DNA of 64,000 bases from Acutalibacteraceae bacterium (GCA_963610315.1 CAVDMV010000001.1:77441-141440); one strand, 5' to 3'; positions 41,438 through 50,476 are shown, counted from the stretch's first letter. The notes: generated by a model not told the origin, from the sequence alone. Numbers and translations are program-made.

Positions 41438-41513
41438 TGGTGGACCCTGCAGGACTTGAACCTGCAACGACCCGTTTATGAGACGGGGGCTCTAACCATT
41501 GAACTAAGGGTCC
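41438..41513 (-). tRNA. tRNA with CAU anticodon, probably tRNA-Ile2 (lysidine-type) by resemblance to B. subtilis tRNA-Ile(CAU)
   Basis: GGACCCTTAGTTCAATGGTTAGAGCCCCCGTCTCATAAACGGG...GGTTCAAGTCC...GGGTCCACCA. G1-C72 is paired, so it is not an initiator. Confidence 0.7.
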
Positions 41514-41520
41514 TTATAAT

Positions 41521-41597
41521 TGGTGGCGGCAGAGGGGGTCGAACCCTCGACCTGCCGGGTATGAGCCGGCCGCTCTAACCAACTGGGCTACACCGCC
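41521..41597 (-). tRNA. elongator tRNA-Met (CAU)
   Basis: GGCGGTGTAGCCCAGTTGGTTAGAGCGGCCGGCTCATACCCGGCAGGTCGAGGGTTCGA...GCCGCCACCA, close to B. subtilis elongator tRNA-Met. Confidence 0.75.
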
Positions 41598-41751
41598 ATA
41601 TAAGTCATTCGCTCAATGCCTTATAATAATAACAAACAAATACTATATAAATCAAGATATTTTTTTAAATTTTAACATTTTTTTTGTAAAATATTGAATT
41701 CGCTTAATTAAATTATTAACTTCAAAAAGAAAAATAGATTACATTAATAAG

Positions 41752-42456
41752 TTATTTATTTCTTCTATTGCCTTTTTCATCTACATATTCAGGATGAAGT
41801 TTAACATATTCATCTTCATCACCACATATTAAATAATCACATTTATTTGAATATACTAAAGTCTCTTTTCTTATTAGTTTCGCTCTGATTAATTCCATTG
41901 CTACGTAATCAACATTACATAATGCTGGCATTATTTCTTCTAGAGAGTATTTTTTAGCGAATTCTGCAACGGGGCAAGTTGTAAATTCATAATGTATAGG
42001 TTTATCCTTATGATAAGGATCTAAAATCATCTTATAATCATTCCATTTGTCACATCTTTTTTTAGCTTTCTTAAACGCCTTATACATAACTTTTTTATAA
42101 ATTGGTCTATTATAATTTATAAATTTAGATAAAATTTTAAAAGATGGTAAAAATAAGTTTTCTTCCATTTCTTCTATTTCACGTAAAGAAGTAACATTTT
42201 TACACACTGTATAGTAACACATAAGTGCGAAACAATCATAATTTCCACCTTTAGAATTATGAAAGTTCTTTTTACCACCTAAATCTTTATCCCAAGACTT
42301 TAAATATGTTAAATATTGATTTTGTACACTTTCCCATATTTTCTCGCATTCATCATCTCCATAATGAAGTTTTATCTTTTTAAGAATTTCTCTTTTACAA
42401 GCACGAGAATATAAAACATGGTTTTTAAGTTTAATTTTTAATTCACTATCTTTCAT
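41752..42456 (-). CDS. Cys-rich hypothetical protein, possibly ATC-hydrolase (PF14196)-like
   Basis: 234-aa ORF with a C-terminal TCPVAEF...LCNVDYVAMEL...CDYLICGDEDEY. The family name is from memory. Confidence 0.4.
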   Translation of the reverse strand: MKDSELKIKLKNHVLYSRACKREILKKIKLHYGDDECEKIWESVQNQYLTYLKSWDKDLGGKKNFHNSKGGNYDCFALMCYYTVCKNVTSLREIEEMEENLFLPSFKILSKFINYNRPIYKKVMYKAFKKAKKRCDKWNDYKMILDPYHKDKPIHYEFTTCPVAEFAKKYSLEEIMPALCNVDYVAMELIRAKLIRKETLVYSNKCDYLICGDEDEYVKLHPEYVDEKGNRRNK

Positions 42457-42526
42457 AAAATTATCTTTTATCTTCCTTATTTATGTATTTATTATAGTTA
42501 GATTTAACTAACTTTACAAGATATTA

Positions 42527-42548
42527 AAAGCCGTTATTAACGGCCTTT
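42527..42548 (-). terminator. terminator after mgtE
   Basis: GCCGTT-atta-AACGGC hairpin. The minus-strand reading is followed by TTTTAATATCTT. Confidence 0.5.
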
Positions 42549-42567
42549 ACATAAATTTATTAAAATA

Positions 42568-43959
42568 TTAGAATAATGCGAAGAATAAGCCAACTAATGT
42601 ATAATAAATACAAGCTGAACAAATATCATTAATAGTTGTAATCATTGGACCTGAGGCAACTGCTGGGTCAATCTTAATTTTCTTAAAGAAAATAGGTAAG
42701 ATTAAACCTAATACACTAGAAACTGATAAGGCAACAAATAAAGCTACGCCAGCAGAAGCAGCAACTTTCATGCAATCCATAAAAACGAAAGTATTTTCTT
42801 TATCAGTATAAACACCTTCATGTCTAATACATAAGAAAGCTAAAATGACACCAAATGATAATAATCCTAATAATACTCCATTAGTTACGCCGATAGTAAT
42901 TTCTTTACGGGCCATCTTCCAAATTTTCTTTTTAGAAAGATCGTCATCATCATTAATATTAGTTAAAGTAACAGCAAGAGATTGAGTACCTCCATTACCT
43001 GCCATATCGAAAACTACCGATTGGAAAATAACGGCCGCAGAAACAACTGCAATTACTGATTCAAAAGCTGAAATAACAGTTGAAACAACTAAACCTAAAA
43101 ATAAAAGTAAGATTAACCAAGGAATTCTCTTTCTAATTGATGTAAATAAAGATTCGTCTTTATCTTCAGATGTTAAACCAGCAAGTTTATGCATATCTTC
43201 ATGAAGTTCATTAGTGACAAGTTCAACTACGTCGTTAGCCGTTAATGCACCAATTACACTTTCATTATCATCAACAACTGGAATAATCTTTTCGTTATAA
43301 TCTTTAATATCATTAATGACATCATCGATTTTTGCATGTGCTTGTAAAGCAGGATAAGAAGTAATTGCTTTAGCCATTAAATCATCACCTTGACGAGCGA
43401 TAATTAAATCATTTAAGTTTAAAGCACCGACAAATTTGTTATCTTTATCAGTGATGAAAATAACTGAAATGTTATCGTTATCACTAGCTTGTTCAATAAC
43501 TTTTTTCATCGCTTTTTTAACATCATCAGTATCTAAGATAGTAACGTAGTTAGTTGTCATTAAAGAACCAACTTCATCATCTTCAAATGATAAAATTAAC
43601 TTAATATCTTCCTTAACTTCTTTATCTTCAATTAAATTTAAGATTTTTTCTCTATCTTCATCTTCCATTTCTTGAAGAGCGTCAACTGCATCGTCTGCAT
43701 CCATGTTTTCAATGATGTCTGCCGCTTGATCTTCTTTCATGTAGTCTAAGAATTCATCTTTATCTTCAACATAAGTTAAGATATCAGAAGCTTCTTCTGC
43801 ACCTAAGATTTTAGTTAGTTCAGCTTTTTCTTCATCACTTAAAAATTCAAATGCGTCCGCGACGTCAGAATCATGGTAATGAGATAGTTTTTCTTTTTTT
43901 TCTGCATTAGAAATATTAGATCTTACAATATCTAAAATTTCTTGAATTAATTCATTCAT
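42568..43959 (-). CDS. mgtE: magnesium transporter MgtE
   Basis: 463 aa: N-domain, tandem CBS domains and a C-terminal five-TM pore with PMITTINDICSACIYY. Confidence 0.9.
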   Translation of the reverse strand: MNELIQEILDIVRSNISNAEKKEKLSHYHDSDVADAFEFLSDEEKAELTKILGAEEASDILTYVEDKDEFLDYMKEDQAADIIENMDADDAVDALQEMEDEDREKILNLIEDKEVKEDIKLILSFEDDEVGSLMTTNYVTILDTDDVKKAMKKVIEQASDNDNISVIFITDKDNKFVGALNLNDLIIARQGDDLMAKAITSYPALQAHAKIDDVINDIKDYNEKIIPVVDDNESVIGALTANDVVELVTNELHEDMHKLAGLTSEDKDESLFTSIRKRIPWLILLLFLGLVVSTVISAFESVIAVVSAAVIFQSVVFDMAGNGGTQSLAVTLTNINDDDDLSKKKIWKMARKEITIGVTNGVLLGLLSFGVILAFLCIRHEGVYTDKENTFVFMDCMKVAASAGVALFVALSVSSVLGLILPIFFKKIKIDPAVASGPMITTINDICSACIYYTLVGLFFALF

Positions 43960-44098
43960 ATTTTACCTCCATATATAAGAGGCATTTAATATGTACTAAA
44001 AATAGACCATGGTAAAAATGCCTCTAAAACCAAGTCTAATAAGTTCTCGCGGTTTCGAATTATCCATTTTTACCATCTCCTTTCTATTTCAATTTAAA

Positions 44099-45028
44099 TT
44101 AATCGTTATTCTTTACTAAGAATTCAGATACCTTGTTACGAGCGATATCTTTCTTCATATCTTCTTTATGAGAAGCTAAAGTTGCATCAATTTGTTCTTG
44201 AGTTAAGTTGTATTGAGCTTTCATTAAAGCAACTTGAGAATTTAATTCTTCATCAGTAACAATAATGTTTTCTAATTTAGCAACTTCATCAAAGATTACA
44301 TCAATTTTAAATGATTTAATTGCTTCAGGTTTAATTTCTTTCTTGAAATCTTCCATAGTAGAATTAATCATTTGTAAATAGCCATCAATATTGGAACCAT
44401 ATTGAGCCATCGCTCTATCGTAATAATCAATCATATCTTGCATTTTCTTACTATATTCTTCTTCAGAAACTTCAATTTCAGAATTTTCTACAATATGATC
44501 TAATAATTTTGTTAAATAATCATTTAACATCTTATTTTCTTTTTGTAGATACATTTGATTTTTTAATTCTTTTTTGAAATCTTCAACAGTTTTCATGCCG
44601 TATTGAGCGACGAATTCTTCATTTAATACTGCAGTTTTCTTTTCTTTAACTGCATTAATTTTACATTTAAAAAGAGCAGGTTTTCCTTTTAAATTTTCTG
44701 CTTGATAATTTTCAGGAAAAGTAACATTAACGTCAACATTATCACCTTTTTTATAACCAACTAATTGGTCTTCAAAGCCAGGAATGAATGTATTTGAACC
44801 AAGTTCAAGATCATATCCTTCACCTTTACCGCCGTCAAAAGCAACGCCGTCACAGAAGCCTTCAAAATCAATATTAACTACTGAACCTAATTTACTTTTT
44901 TCATCAACTTCTTCAAAAGTAGATGCTTGTTTTAACATATTTGCAATTTCAAGTTCTACTTCTTCGTCTTTAACTTCTTCAGCATGTACTTTGCCTAATT
45001 TATTTTCTTTATATTGTCCGATTTTCAT
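44099..45028 (-). CDS. tig: trigger-factor-like chaperone lacking the N-terminal ribosome-binding domain (FKBP PPIase + C-terminal arm domains only)
   Basis: It aligns with E. coli TF from about residue 115 onward (IDFEGFCDGVAFDGGKGEGYDLELGSNTFIPGFEDQLVGYKKGDNVDVNVTFPENYQAENLKGKPALF). An in-frame stop (TAA at 45050-45052) sits directly upstream of the track's TTG start. The best start is the ATG at 45028, with SD GAAAGG. Confidence 0.8.
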   Translation of the reverse strand: MKIGQYKENKLGKVHAEEVKDEEVELEIANMLKQASTFEEVDEKSKLGSVVNIDFEGFCDGVAFDGGKGEGYDLELGSNTFIPGFEDQLVGYKKGDNVDVNVTFPENYQAENLKGKPALFKCKINAVKEKKTAVLNEEFVAQYGMKTVEDFKKELKNQMYLQKENKMLNDYLTKLLDHIVENSEIEVSEEEYSKKMQDMIDYYDRAMAQYGSNIDGYLQMINSTMEDFKKEIKPEAIKSFKIDVIFDEVAKLENIIVTDEELNSQVALMKAQYNLTQEQIDATLASHKEDMKKDIARNKVSEFLVKNND

Positions 45029-45163
45029 TTTTAAATACCTTTCTTTCAATTAAACATTCGTCTAACCTAAAATATTATATTAGAAACACCACAATAAAAG
45101 ATAGAAAAAAAATTGATTTTAGAAAAAAAGATTGTGTAAGTGTTACCAACTTACACAACCTAA

Positions 45164-45508
45164 TTAGTCTATTTCAATTTGTTTAATATTAAACTCATTT
45201 CCTTTAAGTAAATATGTATTTTCTGAACCACAGAAAGGACAAATTTTGCCATGTTCAACCGTCGAATATTCTTTTGAACAATTTTCACAGAAAGTTATCG
45301 CTTTAATAATCTCTACTTTAAGTTCACAGTTTTCAAGTTCGACATGTTTTTTTCTTGCCCAATTCCAGCAATCAATTAATAAATCTGGAACGACAGTTGA
45401 AACTTCTCCAAGTTCAATAATTACGCGGTCAACGTGAGCGATATTATTCTTATGAGCAATCGAAACTACATGATCTACTACGTGGAAAGTTACACCTAAT
45501 TCATGCAT
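45164..45508 (-). CDS. hypA: hydrogenase/urease nickel-incorporation protein HypA
   Basis: 114 aa with an N-terminal MHE and a C-terminal zinc ribbon CENC...CPFCG. Confidence 0.8.
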   Translation of the reverse strand: MHELGVTFHVVDHVVSIAHKNNIAHVDRVIIELGEVSTVVPDLLIDCWNWARKKHVELENCELKVEIIKAITFCENCSKEYSTVEHGKICPFCGSENTYLLKGNEFNIKQIEID

Positions 45509-48417
45509 TACTTGCTAGCTTCCTTACTAGCTTTCTTTTGAGCTTTTTTCCATTCCTTATGTGCTTTTTCTGATGCTTTTTCTTCAGCAGTATGTTTACC
45601 AAATTTAATTTTTACTGCACGTTTAATTGCATATGGAAGGATATATTTAAATTTATCTTCAGATTTAACCATCTTTGTGCATTCTGGATGATCTCTAACT
45701 AAAGTAATTGCATCGAACATACATTTTGTTGTACAAATACCGCAGCCAATACATTTATTTCCATCAACTACTGATGCACCACAAGATAAACATCTTGCTG
45801 TTTCAATCTTAACTTGTTCTTCAGTTAATGTTAAATGAGCATCTTTAAATGATGATTTTTGATCAATTGAAGTATCTAGTCCTGCTTCTTGTCTACCAGC
45901 AGTATCATAAGAATCAACTTTAATATTGTTCTTATCTAGCATAATGAAGTCTCTTCTATTTCTACCAATTGTTAATGAAGCATGTTCATGAACATATCTA
46001 TGGAGAGATTCAGCCGCGCATTTACCAGCTTCAATTGCATCAATCGCGAATTTTGGTCCTGTATAGACATCACCACCGACGAAGATATCTTCTTCAGCAG
46101 TTTGATATGTTAATTTATCGGCGATTGGATAATTTCCGTGCCAATAAGTTACTTTAGTTCCTTTTAATAAGTCACCCCAGACGATGCTTTGACCAATTGC
46201 GAAGATAACGTGACGAGCATTAACTTCGATTGTTTCATTTTCATCGTATTGAGGATTGAATTTACCTGTTGCATCTTTAGTAGATGTACATCTCTTAAAG
46301 ACAACGCCTCTAACAGCACCTAATTCATCCTTAAGAACTTCTTTTGGTCCCCAAGCATTATTAATTTCAATATTTTCTTCAAGAGTTTCACTAATTTCTT
46401 CATTTGAAGCAGGCATTTCTTCACGTGTTTCAAGTGAGAACATACTGACTTTAGAAGCACCAAATCTTAAAGCAGTTCTTGCGCAGTCAACTGCAACGTT
46501 ACCTCCGCCAACGACAACGACTTCACCATCAAGTTTTTGAGATAAATCTTCTGCCGCATTATGTAAGAAATTAACTGCAATATCAACACCTTTCGCGTCT
46601 TCTCCGTCAATACCAGGTAATCTACCACCTTGGCAACCAATTGCGACATAGAAAGCTTGATAGCCTTGTTTTCTTAATTCTTCAATTGTGACATCTTTAC
46701 CGACTTCAACACCAGTCTTAATTTCAACGCCGAGTTCTCTAATTACATCAATTTCAGCTTCGATAACATCTTTTTCAAGTTTATATGATGGAATACCATA
46801 AGTTAACATACCACCACATTTTTTATTCTTTTCAAAAATTGTTGGTTTATAACCTTTAGTTGCTAAATAATAAGCACATGATAAACCAGCAGGACCAGCA
46901 CCGATAATCGCGATTTTTTGTTCCCAATGATCTAATCTATTTGAAGCAATAGTCACTTCTGGAATATAACGAGTTTCTGCTTTTAAATCTTGTTCAGCAA
47001 GGAATTTTTTAACCGCATCAATAGAAACAGCTTTATCGATATTACCTCTAGTACAAGCTTCTTCACAACGTTTATTACAAATACGTCCGCAGATAGCTGG
47101 AAGTGGATTATCTTTCTTAATTAATGCTAACGCATCTTTATATCTACCTTCAGCTGCAAGTTTTAAATAGCCTTGAACTGCAACGTGAGCAGGACAAGCA
47201 GTTTTACAAGGAGCAGTACCTGTTTCATAACAGTTAATTCTATTGTTATCACGATAATTTTCATCGTATTTATCTCTACCCCAACTCATATTGTCAGGTA
47301 ATTCATGTTTTGGATAAACAACTTGAGAACCATCTTTCTTACATAATTTTTGACCTAATTTAACTGCACCAGCTGGGCAATATTCAACGCACTTACCACA
47401 AGCGACACATTTTTTAGCATCGACATGAGCAGTATAAGCACTACGTGACATATTTGGAGTATTGAATAATTGAGATGTTCTTAAAGCATTACAAATGTTA
47501 ACATTACAGTTACAAATACCGAAGATTTTATTTTCTCCATCAATATTAGTGATTTGATGAACGAAACCATTATCTTCTGCAATTTTTAAAATACGCATTG
47601 CCTCTTCATAACTAATATCGTGGCCTTTACCTGTTTCACGGCAATAATCTGCAAAATCACCAACACCGATACACCAGTTGTATTGATCATCCGCGCAGCC
47701 TTCATCTAAAGCCGCTCTAGAAGCTCTACAAGAACATTGACCAACACCGATATGGCCTTCATATTTCTTTAACCAATATGATAAGTGTTCTAAATCCATG
47801 GAAGTATTTTCCATTTCGATCGCTTTTTCTACTGGGATGACGTGCATACCAACGCCACTACCTCCTGGAGGAACTAATTGAGTAATTCCGTCAAGAGGAA
47901 TAAAAGTCATTCTTTCAAAGAAAGAAGCGACAGCTGGATGTTCTCTTAAACGTGGATTATCCATCTTCTTTCCATCAGGAGTAATAAATTTTTCATCCAT
48001 ATTGAATAATTCAGCACTACCTGGAACGAATAATGGTAAAACATATCTTCTTTCACTTTGAGGAGCAGTTCTACCATTGTGGTCATAGTGATAACCATAA
48101 TCATATTCAAGTAAACCAATATATGACATTTCATCTAATAATTTTTGGAAATGTTCTTTATCTTTTGCTTGATTAGGATTCATTTTACATAAATCTTCAA
48201 AAGTATAGTGATGTCTTACTTTCATTGTTAAAGCAACATCTGCCATTTCGTCTGTTACGATATCAGCAAGTCCCCAATATTCAGGATCTTCAACTTTAAC
48301 ACCATGTAATTTATGGTCTAAAACGTCAGTAATCTTCTTTCCTAATTTAACAATCTTTTCATTTGCGACTTTGTCACTCATATGTGGTGGGACAACTTTT
48401 TTACTCATTTCTGGCAT
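45508..48417 (-). CDS. large multi-cluster iron-sulfur flavoprotein: Cys-rich N-domain + 4Fe-4S ferredoxin + GltD/NfnB-like FAD-NAD(P) oxidoreductase + C-terminal ferredoxin (YgfK-like architecture)
   Basis: CSCRASRAALDEGC...WCIGVGDFADYC...ICNCNVNICNAL; CVACGKCVEYCP; CYETGTAPCKTACP...CGRICNKRCEEAC; dinucleotide fold IAIIGAGPAGLSCAYYL and VVVVGGGNVAVDCA; C-terminal CLSCGASVVDGNKCIGCGICTTKC. Start/stop are coupled to hypB (TAGTGTATG) and hypA (TAATG). Confidence 0.8.
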   Translation of the reverse strand: MPEMSKKVVPPHMSDKVANEKIVKLGKKITDVLDHKLHGVKVEDPEYWGLADIVTDEMADVALTMKVRHHYTFEDLCKMNPNQAKDKEHFQKLLDEMSYIGLLEYDYGYHYDHNGRTAPQSERRYVLPLFVPGSAELFNMDEKFITPDGKKMDNPRLREHPAVASFFERMTFIPLDGITQLVPPGGSGVGMHVIPVEKAIEMENTSMDLEHLSYWLKKYEGHIGVGQCSCRASRAALDEGCADDQYNWCIGVGDFADYCRETGKGHDISYEEAMRILKIAEDNGFVHQITNIDGENKIFGICNCNVNICNALRTSQLFNTPNMSRSAYTAHVDAKKCVACGKCVEYCPAGAVKLGQKLCKKDGSQVVYPKHELPDNMSWGRDKYDENYRDNNRINCYETGTAPCKTACPAHVAVQGYLKLAAEGRYKDALALIKKDNPLPAICGRICNKRCEEACTRGNIDKAVSIDAVKKFLAEQDLKAETRYIPEVTIASNRLDHWEQKIAIIGAGPAGLSCAYYLATKGYKPTIFEKNKKCGGMLTYGIPSYKLEKDVIEAEIDVIRELGVEIKTGVEVGKDVTIEELRKQGYQAFYVAIGCQGGRLPGIDGEDAKGVDIAVNFLHNAAEDLSQKLDGEVVVVGGGNVAVDCARTALRFGASKVSMFSLETREEMPASNEEISETLEENIEINNAWGPKEVLKDELGAVRGVVFKRCTSTKDATGKFNPQYDENETIEVNARHVIFAIGQSIVWGDLLKGTKVTYWHGNYPIADKLTYQTAEEDIFVGGDVYTGPKFAIDAIEAGKCAAESLHRYVHEHASLTIGRNRRDFIMLDKNNIKVDSYDTAGRQEAGLDTSIDQKSSFKDAHLTLTEEQVKIETARCLSCGASVVDGNKCIGCGICTTKCMFDAITLVRDHPECTKMVKSEDKFKYILPYAIKRAVKIKFGKHTAEEKASEKAHKEWKKAQKKASKEASK

Positions 48418-48420
48418 ACA

Positions 48421-49152
48421 CTACTCTCCTTTTTTTATGCTTTCAATTTTATTTTTTATCCAAGATGCTAATTCATTAACTCCTTCCCCAGTTTTCGCGG
48501 AGATTAATAATATATCTGCATTAGGATTATCGAGTTTTATTCTTTCTTTGCTTTTTTCAATATCGAAGTCAAATACTGGTAAAACATCTATTTTATTAAT
48601 TACAACTAAATCACTCACTTCATAAATAAGAGGATATTTGCTTGGCTTATCGTCTCCTTCAGGAACTGAAAGAATCGTCATATTAATTTGTGCACCTGTA
48701 TCAAATTCAGCTGGACAAACTAAATTACCAATATTTTCTAAGACAATGAAATCGAATTCCTCATAGTTAATGGCTTCTAAACCTTGTTTAGTCATACTTG
48801 CATCAAGATGACACATACCACCGGTATGAAGCTGTATCGCTTTAACTCCAGTTTCATTTTGAATCGTTAAAGCATCAACATCAGAATCGATATCTGCCTC
48901 CATGACCCCAATTTTAAAATCCTTCTTTAAAATGTTGATCAGTTTAATTAATGTCGATGTTTTTCCACTACCAGGTGAAGACATTAGGTTAAGCAAAAAA
49001 ACTTTCTTTTTATTTAATAATGATCTAAGTTCATTAGCTTCTAAGTCATTATTACCTAAAATAGACTCTTTAACTTCTAAAATCTTTACTTGATCCATAA
49101 AACACCTCACGTTTAATTTTATAAAATAAAAGTGAGGTTGTAAAGTATACAC
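48421..49152 (-). CDS. hypB: nickel-incorporation GTPase HypB
   Basis: SPGSGKTS P-loop, ENIGNLVCPA and the CH motif region (HTGGMCHLDA); 243 aa. Confidence 0.85.
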   Translation of the reverse strand: MYTLQPHFYFIKLNVRCFMDQVKILEVKESILGNNDLEANELRSLLNKKKVFLLNLMSSPGSGKTSTLIKLINILKKDFKIGVMEADIDSDVDALTIQNETGVKAIQLHTGGMCHLDASMTKQGLEAINYEEFDFIVLENIGNLVCPAEFDTGAQINMTILSVPEGDDKPSKYPLIYEVSDLVVINKIDVLPVFDFDIEKSKERIKLDNPNADILLISAKTGEGVNELASWIKNKIESIKKGE

Positions 49153-49267
49153 GTGTCAAAAAAATCAAAAATTGTTATTTTTTTATCAATAAAACTTTAT
49201 TAATTATGACTAACTATGCAAAAAAATAAGACTAGCACAAAGGTTAGTCTTATTAAACTTATTATAT

Positions 49268-49969
49268 TTAATTTTGTAATAAAAATTCTGCAACTAATAA
49301 ATCCATCTCAGTATAAGTATTTAAATGTGATGTTTCGTCAACTAGCAAATAGGTAGGAACATTAACTAATTTCATTAAAGAAGTTTCATCATCAAATCTT
49401 TGATTTAAGTCTAAAGCAAAATTATGAGCTGTTCTTAATCTATCTAACTTAAATCCTTGAGGAGAAGTAATTGTATAAAGATCATTTTTATCTAAGTTTT
49501 TATCAATAAAATTATCTTCAGTTTTTGTAACAGTTTTTCTAGATACTGCCTTAATAAAGCTTACTGCTTCATGATTTTGCATTGCTTCTAATATTAAAGA
49601 AATATCATTTTTATTGATGTTAATTCTACTCGCATCATGAATGATAATATTAGCGTTTGAAACATAATGCTCACTATCATTAAGGAATAAGATACCTGCG
49701 TTAACACTTGCTTCTTGACTAATGCCTCCAGAAACTACTCCCATTACTTTATCAAAGTTTCTTAATTTAACGACGTCTTCAGTCTTTTTAACATATTCTA
49801 AATCAGTGATAATGACAATCTTATCAATATCAGGATGTTTTTGAAAAGTATCGATAACGCGACAAGCAATACGAGTACGAAAATCTTCATAGACATTTTT
49901 AGATACTTTATTAGTTTGGTTCATGAATTTATTACCATGACCACAAGTTAAAATAAAAGCGATATTCAT
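49268..49969 (-). CDS. IspD/TarI-like (or MobA-like) nucleotidyltransferase
   Basis: N-terminal IAFILTCGHGNKF is a divergent G-x-G-x-R/K-M loop, and TSPQGF...LRTAH resembles the IspD family. Confidence 0.55.
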   Translation of the reverse strand: MNIAFILTCGHGNKFMNQTNKVSKNVYEDFRTRIACRVIDTFQKHPDIDKIVIITDLEYVKKTEDVVKLRNFDKVMGVVSGGISQEASVNAGILFLNDSEHYVSNANIIIHDASRININKNDISLILEAMQNHEAVSFIKAVSRKTVTKTEDNFIDKNLDKNDLYTITSPQGFKLDRLRTAHNFALDLNQRFDDETSLMKLVNVPTYLLVDETSHLNTYTEMDLLVAEFLLQN

Positions 49970-50388
49970 TATTTCTTCCTCCTATTTTTAATAAAAAAGA
50001 TAATTCCTAAGATAATTAAAATTATTCCTAATACGCAGAATACATAGAATGCATATTCTCTAAATTCACATGATTTTTGTGAAGAATAAGCTTTTTCCAT
50101 TAAATCTTGTAAGTGGTTTTTATAATCGCCAACTGTTTCTTCATTATATGTTTTTTTATAAGATTCAAATTGACTTTGATAATTAAGCTTATTTGCTTTT
50201 TGAGAAAAAGCGGCAGCTAGAGAACCAATAGAAACAATTAAACCGATAAACATCATATAAAATGATGATTTATTTTTCGATGAAACAATGTCTGGCATCT
50301 TATTATCAAGAGGAACATTTTTTAAGCAATTAGGACAAGAATTAACATCATCATTCATCAATGTTTTACAATATGGACATTTTTTCAT
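49969..50388 (-). CDS. zinc-ribbon membrane protein (N-terminal CxxC-x9-CxxC, 2 TM)
   Basis: MKKCPYCKTLMNDDVNSCPNC followed by two hydrophobic helices; 139 aa. Its stop overlaps the start of the nucleotidyltransferase. Confidence 0.5.
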   Translation of the reverse strand: MKKCPYCKTLMNDDVNSCPNCLKNVPLDNKMPDIVSSKNKSSFYMMFIGLIVSIGSLAAAFSQKANKLNYQSQFESYKKTYNEETVGDYKNHLQDLMEKAYSSQKSCEFREYAFYVFCVLGIILIILGIIFFIKNRRKK

Positions 50389-50444
50389 CTGATCACTTCC
50401 TCTTTTTAGTTATTTTACCAAATATGTAAATAAAACGCAAATAC

Positions 50445-50468
50445 GAAAAAAAACGTCAATAGTGACGT
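50445..50468 (-). terminator. terminator after dnaJ
   Basis: ACGTCA-atag-TGACGT hairpin. The minus-strand reading is followed by TTTTTTTT. Confidence 0.55.
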
Positions 50469-50476
50469 TTTAAAAG

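Noticed and set aside
41438-41597. Initiator tRNA-fMet among the CAU tRNAs
   Set aside because: Both begin with G paired to C72 and lack the three consecutive G-C anticodon-stem pairs. They resemble Ile2 and elongator Met.
43960-44098. M-box (ykoK) Mg riboswitch upstream of mgtE
   Set aside because: The spacer is only 139 nt and lacks M-box conserved blocks. Only an AT-rich long inverted repeat is present.
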